DNA of 64,000 nucleotides from contig NC_073412.1 in assembly GCF_028641065.1 (NCBI RefSeq), positions 310,001 through 374,000 on the forward strand, written 5' to 3'. This DNA comes from Leucoraja erinacea. Lineage: Eukaryota. The translations under genes were made by a program, and so were the position numbers. Each line of letters starts with the position of its first letter. Within the stretch, counting starts at the first letter, position 1. This document shows positions 35,401 to 48,029 of the stretch, in pieces. The notes under the pieces are model-generated. The model was not told the DNA's origin. It searched no databases and saw only the letters and a list, made by a program, of their open reading frames with translations.

Positions 35401-38400
35401 TGATACTGGCCTGGGAAATGATTCAAACAGGATTTTATCCAGATTAGCCTTGGAAGATTAACCAAAATTCTTTCTTTAAAGGAAACCAATGTCTTTGCAG
35501 CGCCAGCATAAATACAGCTTCAGTACACCCTGCTCCTTACTCAACACTTGACAAAGTATGATAACACAGACACCACCTTCTTTCATCAAAAATTCACTAG
35601 ATAATACAGATAGTATTAAATGAAAATATTAAACAACTGCAGATATTGCAAATCTGAAACAAAACAGAACACACTACAAAACTTGGCAAGTCAGGCAGCG
35701 TTTGTGGAAAGAGAAATAGTCAATGTTTCAGGTCTACAACCCTTCATCAGAACATAGAACCGTACCATACAAGAACATGCCCTTTGGCCCACAATGTCAG
35801 GTCAAACATGATGCCAACAACAACACTTATCTACCTGTACATGATCCATATCCCTCCATTACCTGCATGCCCATAAGCCTCTCTAAGGTTCTGAAATGCC
35901 ACTATGATCTCTGCCTACATCACCATCCTTGACAGTGTGTTCCCGGCTCCCACCACTCTGTACAAACAAAACTTGCCCCACACATCAGCTTTAAAGTTTG
36001 TCCCTCTTACCTTAAAGCCATGGTCCTTGACATTTCCATCTCCCCGCAAGCTCTGACATTCTAGATGAAACAATCCAACTTTGTCTGATCTCTCCTTCTA
36101 GTTAATATCCCCTAATGCAGGCAGCATTTTGCCAAACCTCTTATGCACCCCCCTCAAAGCTTCCACATCCCTTCTGTAATGGAGCGACCAGAACTGCACA
36201 CATTACTCCAAAAGCAGTTCAACCAAAGTCCCATAAGGCTGCAATAGAAAGGTACTGCAGATGCTGGTTTATACCAAAGATAGACACAAAATGCTGGAGT
36301 AACTCAGCGGGTCAGGCAGTTTCTCTGAAGAAAATAGGTAGGCGTCGTTACAGGTCGTGATGCTGCAACATGACTTCATGACTTTTGTACTCAATGCCCT
36401 GATGATGAAGGCAACTATACCATTTGCCTTCTTTACCACTAATGGTGTTGCCACTTTCAGGGAGCTATGGTCTTGAACCCTTTGATCCCTCTATACGGCA
36501 ATGCTGTTAAAGGTGGAGGAACACAGCGGGTTGAGCAGCATCTGTGAGGGGAAGGGAGAAAATTTTGGTGTTTCCAGTATGAAGAAGAGAGGGCGAGGGG
36601 TGTGAAGGGCCAGTAGGTGATCGGTGGACCAAGGTGTAGTGAAGGATCGCGGACAGATGGAGCGGGGGGGGGGGGGGGGGGGGGGGGCCGGGGGGGGGGG
36701 GGAGGAAGGTGGAGACAGCTAATGTTGCAGCTTTTCAGCGTGTTGGGGCTGTTCTGCCTCGTGCTGTCTCGTATCACAAGGTTTACCCAAAGCATCAGGG
36801 TTACACTCTCATGTCCAGACAGAAATCTCCATTGTGGTCTCTTCTTCACAGAGTTTATTCGGTATGTAGTTCTTACTTTCTCTGTTTACTGTTAGATTGT
36901 CGGTATATTTTAGCCCATTTGGTGGCGGGTCCATAATATTTGCATTTCACTTAAATTAAAAATCGGTACTGAACAGCTCCACTAATGTGGCCGATGAATA
37001 AAAGGCAAAAAATTAACTTGTTTTAGTAGTCCTTTGGGGAACAGCCACACTGTAAGGACATGCTGAGCAGAGTGAGAGTGGCAGGTTGAAGAGCCAGTCA
37101 GTGATGCTGTGCAGTGACTGCGCAGGCTTCTACAACCGTCACTAAGACAGCAGCTTGGCCCTGCCCGTGGCTGCAGCAACAGCATCCGAATGACAAATTC
37201 ATCTGTCTGCTCTCCTGCAATGCTTGCTCTTAACCAGGGGCTCAGTCGCTGTGAGCAAAACCTTTTGACCAGGCTGCAGTAAATGGAAGTGCAAGAATGC
37301 TTCCGAAGGCTGCTGCGATGTTATGCACTGTCTTGCTGACAACTCCCTCTTTATCTTTCCTTCACAGAGAGATGCAGACTCTTTACCTTGTCTCCAAAGA
37401 TTTTTCCTCAGCTTTAACAACATATCCAGGTAAGAGCTGCATCCTTTTATTATTAACAAGAAATGCCAGGCAGTTCCACAATGCCTCGATGCTCACTGAG
37501 TTAAAGGCCAAAGCCTTTGCTTACTGTTACTGCAGAGGCATTTAATCTATTCACATTTGTGTTTGCTGCATTTTCGGTAATTAGTTTTTATGTTAAACAG
37601 ACAAATTGAATAAAGCCAGTGATTTTATTTTCTGGCTTGGTTTTATTTCAGCACATTGCTGACTCGTGTACTCGACTGCATTTGTCAGCCTGAGCCTGAT
37701 TGCTGCAGCCATTTAACAGTGTCTCAGTGAAGGGCACCCGTACACCAGGAAGTACCGCCAGCAAGCTCTGCACCTTCTGTCACAAGTTTAATTATATAAT
37801 ACCTCATTTTCAACATTATTTAGTCTTGATAATAAATAGTGATACAGATTTTACACAGTTTAAAATAAAATTATAAATGTTTATTAAATGGAATGTGTGT
37901 AAATCAGATGGAGTTTATTATTCTGCAGAATATATTCCAATACACTGTTGTAAGGTGTATAGATATGTATTCATGATAAATCAACATGCATGCATTGATA
38001 TTAATAGAGTGACGTGGCATCTGAAAATGTTGGCTGTTTATTGTTAAGGTTCCTTGCACCCAAAATAACCAGAAAAAACCATGAAGACTTTGGTTCCCAG
38101 TCACTGCCATCTCATGTTTTATAATTTTACTTCACAGACAGCCTGTGATCAATACAATTACTAAATCCATTACCTGTTTGTGAAGAAACCTGAGGGAAGG
38201 CTCTGGACAAAGTTTACAAAGTCAGCCAAACTGAGACGAGAAATTGATTCACATCAAGAAATTGTAATTTACTAACACATGTTAATATTGAAAAAAACAG
38301 ATTAAGGGTCAAAGCTGAGGAAAAATGTACAAAAATTATATATTTACGACTGCGTTAGAAAGCATAGCTGCCCTGCCTTCATCAATGTCATCTCTTAAAA

Positions 38401-41400
38401 ATTTGTAGACATGATTTCCCACACTAAAAGCCTCACTGACCATTCCTAATCAGGCCATTTCTTTCCAATTGTATGTCAATCCTGTCCCTTAAATCTGTGG
38501 TTCCAAATGACTCTTCTGCCAAAGGAACAGGTTCTTCGTCTTGCGTATGGCGTGCACAGCCTAAAGTTGTCGGACAAATTGTTCTATTTGATCTTATTTG
38601 ATTGTGCACGCCGGGTTGATTGCATTTGTCGAAACAGGGCGGACCAGGTGAAGGTTGCAATCTCCCACCCAGGGAACAGGTTCATTTGTGTTCACTTTGA
38701 CTAGGCCTCCGCTCCAATCGAACCTCCTCTCAGTTCCACCCCTGCCTTTAGCAGTTTCTCTTCAAAATTATAATGTTTCAACATTGGCAGAATCCTTGTA
38801 CACCTCAGCTGCACCCTTCATGCGATGTTTTGTCTGCAGCCGTTGACAGTTGGCTCAATATGACTTAAATAATGTGTAGGAAGGAACCGAAGATAGACAC
38901 AAAATGCTGGAGTAACTCAGTGGGACAGGCAGCATCTTTAGATAGAAGGAATGGGTGACATTTCGGGTCGAGACCCTTCTTCAGGCCTGTCCCGCTGAGT
39001 AACTCCAACATTTTATGACTTAAATAATGTTTGTGTGATTCAACGATCACCTCCCTGCGCTTGTGTTCTATATCAGGCGGTCCCATACTTAGCTTCTTGT
39101 CCAACTTTGCATTGCCCTACATGGAACTGCATGAGAGAGCAATTTCACCAGATGGAATCCCATCTTTCCAGCTCAGTTAAAATTGGGCAATGAATGCAGT
39201 GACACTCGTATCTTGAGAATTAATATGCAAACATTTGATCTTTGCATATTTTCATAAACCCGTGGGCAGCAACACTACCTGCTGCTCCACTTACTGCACC
39301 GTTGTTTTATTCAATTTAAATGGATACTCTATTGGATCCCACTGCAAGAAACTGATACTACTTCGGAAGTGAAAGATACTAGTTGTGAGATGTGATTAAA
39401 TTAAATATTCATTTTATCTTGATTAGCAAGCTGCCACAATAGACCAGAAATCAGGCTGAATTAATGCAACAGAGATAGTGACCATAAACCTTTGGGATGG
39501 GATGGGAGTGCAGTCTGTGAGATAGTTAGCAAAGCAGAGAATCCATCTTTGCTCATTTATGTTCAAGATTCTCAGAGATGGTTGTATCCATTAGTTATTT
39601 CTCATTTCTTAATTGTATTTAATACAGTTTCATTAGCCTCTTTAATTAAATGTTTTCATAAAACGCAGATTTGAGAACATTGCTTGCCTGGCAGACTCTG
39701 TATCACTCTCGGAGGTCACCCTGGATGGCAATCCCATAGCTCAGGAGTCATGGTACAAGCAAACACTTCTCCGACACATGGTGCAGCTCCGACAGTTGGA
39801 CATGAAGAAAATAACAGTGAGTCTCCAAGGCTGGCCGCACTGGTGGGATGTGTGCCGTAACATCCAGCTCTGCCACTGTCCATCAGTCCAGTGGGCTGAG
39901 CAACAAGACACTCATGGAATGCTCTCTTATACTGACCCACTGCTTCATCTCGTTGAGGAATAGTTTTGAGACTTTGGGATTAACTAGTTGAATTGGGGAT
40001 TAGAAAGATGATTGAAATGGAATTTGAAAACCATTTGTGACATTGATAGAAATACAGTATAGCAGCCAGTGATACATGACAGACTCCAGGACTGTGGTGC
40101 ATTTGGAGTTTAATTTGATTAGGCAGATTTAGATTTCCAGATGACTGGGACTATTTCTAGGGATGTTGGACCTGCGTAAGCTGAACCAGAAAGACCCAAC
40201 ATCCTCAAAGGGAGGTTTGCTGGGACTGTTGGGAACAAGTCTGCATCTAATTTGGCAGGGAATGGGACATAGACCAGATTCCCCATAGACAGTCTGGGGA
40301 AGGTGCAGTCAAATATAGGACAGCAAATCAGCCCAGTAAAAGCACAGGCATGGGTGTGATCAGCCACTTGGGGGGAATGTGAGACTAAATGGAAGTTATT
40401 TTAATGAAAGAAGGTGAACGTAGTGTGTTTGTCAACTCATGGGAAGGAATGCATTTCGTTGTCTCTGTACTGTACACTGACAATGACAATAAATTGAATC
40501 ATTTCATTTTTTCATTTCATTTCATTTCATTTCATTTCATTTTTTTTTGATACTGTTGCTGTCACACTGACATGGTTAAATGGAGAGCAGGAAGGGCACG
40601 GTACAGAATCATCGGGCCTGTTGGAGGGTTGGGGAATAATGGTGGGATGTAAAAAATGGGATTTTAAGGAATCTATTACTTTGTTCAATAGAGAGGCAAT
40701 TCACACGTTTGATTTCTTCGCAGGAAGAGGAGAGGAGAATGGCATCGGTCATGGCCAGGAAAGAGGACGACAAGAAACGTGAAATCCACAAGCAGGCAAT
40801 CTTGAAGGTGCGGGCTCACTGCTGGAGTATTAGTTTCATATTCATTGCAAAAATAATCCAATAGTCAATAATTGAAAATCAAATGTGAAATAATAACAGA
40901 ACATTCGGTGGCATGAATAGAAAGAGAAACAGTGTAGATTGCAGGAGGCCATTTACTTTCAGTCCTAGCCATTACACAGCCATAAACTAACCAAATAGAA
41001 TCATATTGAATTATTGTGCATTATATTTAAGATGTTTTTGGGTTCACAGCCACAACCTAAAGAGTAAAAAGTTAGTAAAAAATATCTTTTAAAACAACAG
41101 AAATGGATAATTTATCAAAGCCAATCTCAAATTTAATTTAATGTAGTTTTACTGAAAAAAGAATGTTCAGTAAATAACTAATGGGAGTAGTATTGATGAT
41201 GAGTGAATATCATTCCAGCAGAAACAGCTGCGTTCAAGGTTCAATGTCTGTGCCAAATCTCCTCTGCCACCACATGATCCGTATCCCTCAATTCTCAGCA
41301 TGTTTGTATGCCTATTTAAAAGCTTTTTATATGTCACTATTGCATCCGCCTCCACCACTATCCCTGGCAGTGCGTTCAACATACAACAACCACCCACATT

Positions 41401-44400
41401 GTAAAGTAAAATTGCTCCTCGCATTTCTTTTAAACTTTGTCCCTTTCACCTTAAAGCTATGTCCACTAGTTGACATGTCCACACTGGGAAAAAGGTTCTG
41501 ACTGTCTACCCTGTCTATGCCTCTTCTAATTTTCTATAGATAGACACAGAAAGCTGGAGTAACTCAGCGGGACAGGCAGCATCTCCAGAGAGAAGGAATG
41601 GGTGATGTTTCAGGACGAGATCCTTCTTCAGACCTGAAGGGCTGAAGAAGGGTCACGACCCGAAACATAGAAACATAGAAATTAGGTGCAGGAGTAGGCC
41701 ATTCGGCCCTTCGAGCCTGCACCGCCATTCAATATGATCATGGAAACGTCACCCATTCCTTCTTTACAGACATGCTGCCTGTCTTGCTGAGTTACTCCAG
41801 CTTTCTGTGTCTATCTCGGGTTCATACCAACATCTGCAGTTTCTTCCTACACATCTAAATTTCTATTCTTCTACAGCTCTCCCCTCAACCTCCAGCATTT
41901 CAGAAAATCAATCTGTCTGTCCAACCTCTCCTTGGAGCTAATACCCCCTAATCCAAGCAGTCTTCTCGTAAATCTCTACACCCTCTCCCAAGCCTCCACA
42001 TTCTTCCTTTATTGCGGTGACCAGAACGGCACGCAATACTCCAAATGCAGCCTAGTCCAAGTCTTATAGCACCGCGTCTTATACTTAATCCCCTGACCAA
42101 TGAAGGCAAGCATACCCTGCACATTCTGACCCGTGAGGACCTCTGCCATTTCTCTTATTCCTATTTTTAATTTCCCAGTCTTATCCTCGCAGGGACTAAT
42201 ATTTGCTTCAGCTTGAACTTTGCTTATATATTGCTTATACTTGCATCAATTCTCTTTTTACATTACGTAGGTTTTCTCTCATACTTTATCTTCTCCTTCT
42301 TTATAACTCTCTTGGTTATCCTTTGCTGATTCCTAAAAAATTCCCATTCTCTGGCCTAAAGTTAATATTTGCAATGTTGTATGCCTTTTCTTTCAATTTG
42401 TACCATTGTTGAATTCCTTAATTAGCGATTGATAGTGAATCCTTCTGAGAGTGTTTATGTTTCTCTGGTGAAGTTATACAATATCTTCATAAATTTCTTC
42501 CATTGCTATTCTTTGGTTTTGCTCATTAATCTATTTTTCCTGTCCACTTTAGCCATCTCCGCCTCATACCATTGCATTGCTTTATGCTTATGACACCTAT
42601 TTTCAGGCCCTTTTTCATTCTCATCTCAATGTGAAATTTCACCATACCAAGATCACTCTATCCATGGAGATCTTTATTATTAAAAGAATTAATTAATTCT
42701 GCCTCATTAGACATTACCAGACTTATCCACAGCCACACGTTTATCTGTTCCACCTTCCTATTTATGTACTCATTAGCACAAGCACTAGAGCTGTCCTGGT
42801 CTGGGGTCACCGCCTTTCGTCTCCATACAACCTGTGTGAAGGACCACTGTAACTTTGCCGATTCTCATCTCACCAACCAGTCCCCACCCCACCCACCGCT
42901 CCACGTAGATAGATGGGTGTTCATCTCATGCATTGCTTGCAGATTTTGTCATTCATTGATTATCTCGCCTAAACTGGAAGCCCTAACTGTCTGCTCCCGG
43001 TCACAGGAGAAGCGACGCTTGGCTATTAGTAACGCTGCCAGACAGTGGGAGATGCAGCAAACGTTCACAACAGACAAGGAGGCACAGCAAGCATACTCTC
43101 TCTGCACAGTCAGTAACAACAGTATTCACAAGCCCTGCCACCTCACCCAGTCTGAGCAGGAACTGTGGCCCCGAGAATCAAGGTACTTTCTTGTACTGCG
43201 TCACCTGGAGGGGGAGGATCTTAATGATGGAAATCATCAAATGGAATCAGTTTGGATGGAGCTAAGAAATAGTGAGTTGGGAGTTGCCCTCAGACTGAAT
43301 AGTGCAGGAGGTCAAGTCAAGTCAAGTTTATTTGTCACATACACATACGAGATGTGCAGTGAAATGAAATTGGCAATGCTCGCGGACTTGTGCAAAAGAC
43401 AAACAACCAAACAAACAAACTATAAACACAATCATAACACACATATTCTTTTACATAATAAATAATGTAAGGAAAAATATTCAGTAGAGTTAGTCCCTGG
43501 TGAGATGGGCGTTTACAGTCCGAATGGCCTCTGGGAAGTAACTCCTTCTCAACCTCTCCGTTCTCACCGCATGGCAACGGAGGCGTTTGCCTGACCGTAG
43601 CAGCTGGAACAGTCTGTTGCATGGGTGGAAGGGGTCTCTCATGATATTGTTGGCTCTGGAGTTGCACCTCCTGATGTATAGTTCCTGCAGGGGGGCAAGT
43701 GAAGTTTCCATAGTGCGTTCGGCCGAACGCACTACTCTCTGCTGAGCCTTCTTGTCCTTGGCAGAGCAATTCCCAAACCAGATGGTAATGTTCCCGGACA
43801 AGATGCTTTCCACCGCCGCTGCGTAGAAGCACTGGAGGATCCTCGGAGACACTCTGAATTTCCTCAATTGCCTGAGGTGGTAAAGGCGCTGCCTTGCCTT
43901 ACTCACGAGTGCTGAGGCGTGTGATGCCCATGTCATATCCTCGGAGATGTGGACTCCCAGATATTTAAAACAGTTCACCCTATCCACAGGATCCCCATTT
44001 ATCCTCAATGGAGTGTACGTCCTCGGATGATGTGCCCTCCTAAAGTCCATGATCAGCTCCTTCTGAACAGCATAAACCAGCAAATCTGAGATCCAGTACA
44101 GGCAAAGAATAGTTAAAGTTAATGTGGACCCGTTAGAATCTGATTCAGATGCAATTATACTGTGAATTTGGGAAATTCAGAGAAATTAAAGAAATGTTTT
44201 GTGTCTTTTCTCACTGAAGGAGACCTAAAAACATTCACAGAAAGACTAGGGAACTCGAGGTCCAGCGAGGTTGCTCAAAGAAATTAGTATCAGTAAAAAA
44301 ACTGTTGGGGGTTTAATGAGAATGAAAGGAAATAAATCAGTAGGAGCTGAAGACCTATGTTGTGGAGATTGTGGATGCAGTGCTTCCAGCATTCCATGTA

Positions 44401-47400
44401 GTTGGGAAGGAATCGCACTTATACTTTTTAAAATATATATATATGTGTGTGTGTGTTTAAAACCCGTTGCCTCTCAACAGCCTGCAGAGTCCTAAAAGCA
44501 GCAGTAGGAAGGAAAGAGCAGAGAGCAACAAGCAAGAACTGCAGTCACTTTCACCTCATCTCTTTTGTCTCTGGTGTGTCATGTCAGTGAGGAGGTGTGG
44601 AGTACAAAACTGGGCATTAGGAGTCACAGAGGAACCATGTGAATTTGTGGTGGAAAAGAATGCTCTGCCTCAGTCCTGTCCACCTGCCTCGCCGCTCATT
44701 CCCATTGTCGCCCCAGTCTCGTCATGAGAGTCGTATGCAGTTCACCCAGGTATTTGAGCGGCTCATCAGCCACCACACGAAACCAGCACGAACCAGAGTG
44801 AAGCAGGGCAACTCCTTGCCTCCTTGAGGCAGGCTTGTGGCTCCCGTTAAGTAGTCTCAGCATCGTGCTTGTTGCCAATACTGGCGGAAGGAACCAGTGG
44901 CTGTTGTTGAACGTGTAGTAGATTGGTGGGGCAGAGTAGTTTAGCCCTCTCAGCCAGGGTGTCATTTGTACATGTCGTTGCAGATCCTCCAGACATTCGA
45001 AGTGGATAAACAATATCCCGAGGAGGGGATGAAAGAGAGCCTAGTGGATACCGCGAGAGGGTGCAGTTGGCTGAGGTCGCGCTATCATGTGGCCGCCCCC
45101 CGGGCTCCTATTTCTCTTTATGAACATAATCAAATGATTTGGGGCAGATCTTCATTGTCACTCACAAGTTTGGGCAATTATCTTGGCCCGTTGTTGAACT
45201 CAAATTGAATGTAGCCCATCTTCTCTGTATGTGCATTCGGCGAATGTTTGTTGCTGGGACCCATAGTCATTAACTGAGTGTCTCTGCGCTATGTTTACTG
45301 ATGTCAACATGGCAAGTGTAGCTGGCAGATTGGCTGGCAGGACGACTCAATAGCATACACGTCGAGCGATGCAGGCAGAAATCTTATGATGCCACCGTCT
45401 GTTGACAACTCATTAAAAGCTAGCACCTCTCCACAGTTCAGCGAAAAAAAAGTGGTCTGATCAAAAGTCCAAGTGACCATCTCGCCGATGCTTTTGCTGT
45501 GTGTTGTGCAGGTCTCCTGAGGGGGATTGCTCAGTTGCCCTCTGGATTGCAGGGACTGTCCATTGCAGAGTCTCACCTGGCGGAGCTGGAGAGAGATACA
45601 CTGCACTTGTACGGGCTAGGTGCCCTGGAATCCCTGGAGCGCAGCTGGGGGGTGCAATCCGCAGCTGCCGTCACCACCGTCTCCTTTTCATGTTAACTTA
45701 TACGACTAAACTAATCGACGTCGACTGAACTTATTCCCACGGTTTCCCCTATTGTGTTTAACGGATTAAAATTACCAAAATTTTTTGTAATGATCTTTGT
45801 TGGGACGACATAGATTGATGTCGACAAGGTATAAGGCATAACTATATAGAGTGGGGACTGATAATCCTTGCCCTTATAGGTGCAGACGATTTTTATTTTA
45901 ACACCAGACTCTGCCATTGTTGACGCATTTAAACATTGTTGCTCGTCATGGTTGTTGAGAATATACCTTGTTCTGCGATTTTGATGATCGTGCAATCCAG
46001 TCTCTCCGCTATCAGTTGTTTTGCCAGGCATTTCATCAGTTCAGGATCACAAACCCTACAACGAACTGCAGTCCATTTCCAGGCTGCGTCCTGTCCCACG
46101 TTCGGGCCTCCCTTCGCCGTTTTCTTGGACATCCCACCTCACCGTGCAGTGCCCTTCAGAGGGCACCCTGTGGTGAGCTTCAGTCTCTTGAAGTACTACC
46201 TTCCTCTTCGGCTCAGTCACCTGTCTTTGGTCCTTCCAGAAATCAAATGAGGCAGTATCGGTAAGTCACTGTCCCGTCCTCAGGTACATTCATGAGTGGT
46301 GCCCCCACATCACGGGCCCAACATCAAGGGCCCCAACATCAGGGGCCCAACATCGAGGGTGGCCCAACACTCCCACTTGCTCCATCCCCATTGTGTCTCC
46401 AATATCCGTAAGGGGGCACGACAGAATATTGGCGGCAATAGGGCTTAATTGTTTTTGGGCTGTCTACCCAGTTCTACGGTTAGTCCCCTGTTTCTGAATC
46501 CATGTGCCTTTGGAGTGCTCCTGTCGTTGTGTGCCTTGGGCAAGACACTTCAACCACCTTGCCTGTGTGTAATGTAATGTAATTATGTGAAGCACTTTGG
46601 GTGATCAATGCAAGTTTGACCTAAAAATTGTGTGGCTATACTACATTAATACATTCATTACATTATTATTATTATCTTCAAGCTGACCTCGCTGTTATAT
46701 CGTCACCTCTCCTTATAGAAGACTCTCCCTCCTTGGCAAATTCACTCCAATTCTCTTCTGTTATCTCACAGGTTTCCATTACAGTACATTATCAAAACTA
46801 CCTGAATTGTAGATCTGATGTACAAATACTTGAAAGACACCAAGTTGATTGTAACGTTCCCGTGTCAGACATCATTTGCCCTAGGACGGACCAATATGTG
46901 ATCTGGTGGTTTGTTCCATGACTGCATAGAAGTTCCCTCCCCGAACATACTCATCCCTCAGGCACCCTTCTGCGTCATACCTTTCCCCTACCTATCCATG
47001 TTCTCTGCCAGAGATTGCTGCCTGGCCCTCTGAGTTACTCTAGATCTCTGTGTGCACAATCATCACATATCCGTTACGCCTATGCCCCGCAGTGGTACAG
47101 ATGTCTCGCCTTTGAGCCCTCACGCTGAGTTTACCTCGATATTTACTTTCTGCTGAAACCATCACCGACTCCATTGTTCTCGCACAGCAGTTGCTCTGCC
47201 TGACCCACCTGAGTGTTACTCTAGGAATCTGTGCTGTGCTCATTTCTTTTCCTCGTTCCATCCTCAGATCCGTCTAGTCATTAGACATCAGTCTTGGCTT
47301 TCTTACTGCCTTTATATTTTTACTTCTTGTGTACCTGGATTACTCTCCATGATTATCTTGTCTTCAATATGATGAAAGTTTTTTTGGTTGCACCTGGGAC

Positions 47401-47578
47401 TTTACATCCTCAGGTTAAGCACATTGTTTTGTTTTTCTAATTGTATACAGGTACCTCCCATGGATGTGGTGATTAGAGCTGTAGCGAACTCTTTTGCTGG
47501 CATTTTCTCACGTTCACTAGCTGTGCTGCTTACACATCATCCCCCAACCTGCCTACTTTCAGTACTTGGAGAAATCAA
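23372..47578 (+). CDS. LRRC49: Leucine-rich repeat-containing protein 49, 3'-incomplete
   Basis: Clean exons: 23372-23422 (MLPGKYR), 25259-25330, 25940-26024, 26751-26918, 28003-28108 (DRLNLDR), 29695-29898 (LRLLNFQHNLI...LRVLMLGKNR), 30937-31003, 33312-33455, 37368-37429, 39669-39816 (TLDGNPIAQESWYKQ), 40724-40807, 43007-43182. Damaged or garbled exons: 45512-about 45780 (LYGLGALESLERSW), 46028-46260 (GHPVVSFSLLKYY...RLSHLSL), 47451-47578. Terminal exons not found. Confidence 0.9.
23512..23870. repeat. About 21-bp GC-rich minisatellite in LRRC49 intron 1
   Basis: Tandem gggtcactgtccgggggtgaa / gggtcactgtccgggggcgcg units, roughly 17 copies. Confidence 0.9.
24178..24470 (+). mobile_element. 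Penelope-like element 3' fragment with pseudo-LTR and hammerhead core
   Basis: EYFLIFRLGTLRPDGINIEFSQF, a C-rich tract, then ctgaagaagggtttcggcccgaaacatt (24377-24404). Confidence 0.75.
25520..25850 (+). mobile_element. Degenerate Rex1/Babar 3' fragment
   Basis: HSLFSPVLSGRRYISLNTCTIRFKNSFFLAAIRLMN. Confidence 0.7.
28140..28650 (-). mobile_element. CR1 LINE 3' fragment
   Basis: Matches the other CR1 copies (gcccacaatatttgtgccgaacatgatgcc, accagaattgcaagcaatagtccaaatg). Confidence 0.7.
28756..28881 (-). mobile_element. Short non-autonomous retroelement headed by an HDV-like ribozyme, copy 1
   Basis: TSD ctatttcatc (28746-28755, 28883-28892); minus strand begins GGGGTGGAAGATGGCAACC and ends ...CGACAGAAGAAGAA; homologous to 38535-38670. 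Confidence 0.85.
28828..28881 (-). ncRNA. Minimal HDV-like (CPEB3-type) self-cleaving ribozyme, predicted
   Basis: P1 GGGGUGG / J1/2 AA / P2 GAUGGCA / P3 ACC / L3 UUCACGU / P3' GGU / P1' CUGCCCU / GU-UUCGA / J4/2 CUAA / P2' UGCAAUC; nested double-pseudoknot order with a G1-U wobble. Confidence 0.78.
31890..32020 (-). mobile_element. Penelope pseudo-LTR-derived element with intact hammerhead core
   Basis: Minus strand 32018-31985: agtCTGAAGAaGGGtttcggCCCGAAACGTTgcc. Confidence 0.75.
34465..34655. repeat. About 2.7 tandem copies of a roughly 68-bp Penelope-derived unit
   Basis: aactcagtgggtcaggcagcatctgtggagaacatggata...cacagagtgctgg repeated in tandem. Confidence 0.65.
35750..36485 (-). mobile_element. 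CR1 fragment with nested Penelope-derived arm
   Basis: Minus-strand VVKKANGIVAFIIRA; insert at about 36245-36340 (ctgcagatgctgg...aactcagcgggtcaggcag). Confidence 0.65.
38535..38670 (-). mobile_element. Short non-autonomous retroelement headed by an HDV-like ribozyme, copy 2
   Basis: TSD ggaacaggttc (38524-38534, 38673-38683); perfect 10-bp stem ggcgtgcaca/tgtgcacgcc (38549-38558, 38603-38612); GAA-type tail. Confidence 0.85.
38618..38671 (-). ncRNA. Minimal HDV-like ribozyme, copy 2 (G1 missing, L3 G-to-C; probably impaired)
   Basis: (U)GGGUGG GA GAUUGCA ACC UUCACCU GGU CCGCCCU GUUUCGA CAAA UGCAAUC; perfect 7-bp P2 and 3-bp P3. Confidence 0.72.
38876..39013. mobile_element. Penelope-derived inverted-repeat element with 17-bp TSD
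   Basis: tatgacttaaataatgt at 38859-38875 and 39014-39030. Confidence 0.75.
40440..40545 (+). repeat. LINE 3' tail with (ATTTC)n microsatellite
   Basis: catttcgttgtctctgtactgtacactgacaatgacaataaa followed by atttc repeats. Confidence 0.55.
41270..42120 (-). mobile_element. CR1 fragment containing a Penelope-derived inverted-repeat element (41538-41853), itself containing a CR1 3' tail (41667-41742)
   Basis: TSD tctaa(t/a)tttctat at 41525-41537 and 41854-41866; long inverted arms; GAAAC duplicated around the inner insert. Confidence 0.75.
43311..44065 (-). mobile_element. Young 5'-truncated Rex1/Babar LINE (RT C-terminal region and 3' UTR)
   Basis: Uninterrupted ORF KELIMDFRR...FKYLGVHISEDMTW...KARQRLYHLRQLRKF...FPEAIRTVN; (CTTGA)n tail at 43311-43326. 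Confidence 0.85.
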
Positions 47579-48029
47579 GTAAGGATTTCATTTTATTGAT
47601 ATTCGGTTTAAACATAGGTTTCTCGTCCAGGCGCCATAGTCGTTCGTTTTATTGCTTATTTCGTGAAATTTTTGTTTCAGAAATACTTGCTGCCAAGTAA
47701 TCGTTTATACGTTCCTCCCTGTGTTGCACTGAAGTCCGCATTGTAGAAGCGAGGTTCCTTCTTTTATTCTTGTACAATTAGCCAGCGTTTTGTTTGGAAA
47801 GGCCGTGTAACTCAGGGCCCTTTCGGCACCATAAGCCCCCCAGCACACATATATGCTGGACCCTCCACCACGGATCGGTTACAGTATCACGCCCCTACCC
47901 CCAACTCAATAATTCGCTTCACCCAATCGGGTCATAGCCCCCCAACTCTAATATTCCACATTCCAGACACTCACCACCAAGCCCACTGTTTCCTGCCTCT
48001 AGCTTCATCATAGACATCATCAAGACATA

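Noticed and set aside
42764-43465. 233-aa ORF
   Set aside because: A chance read-through of intron, the LRRC49 exon 43007-43182 and repeat-derived sequence.
45512-47578. Calling LRRC49 a pseudogene
   Set aside because: Twelve upstream exons are intact, and the damage pattern also affects adjacent repeats, which points to sequence error.
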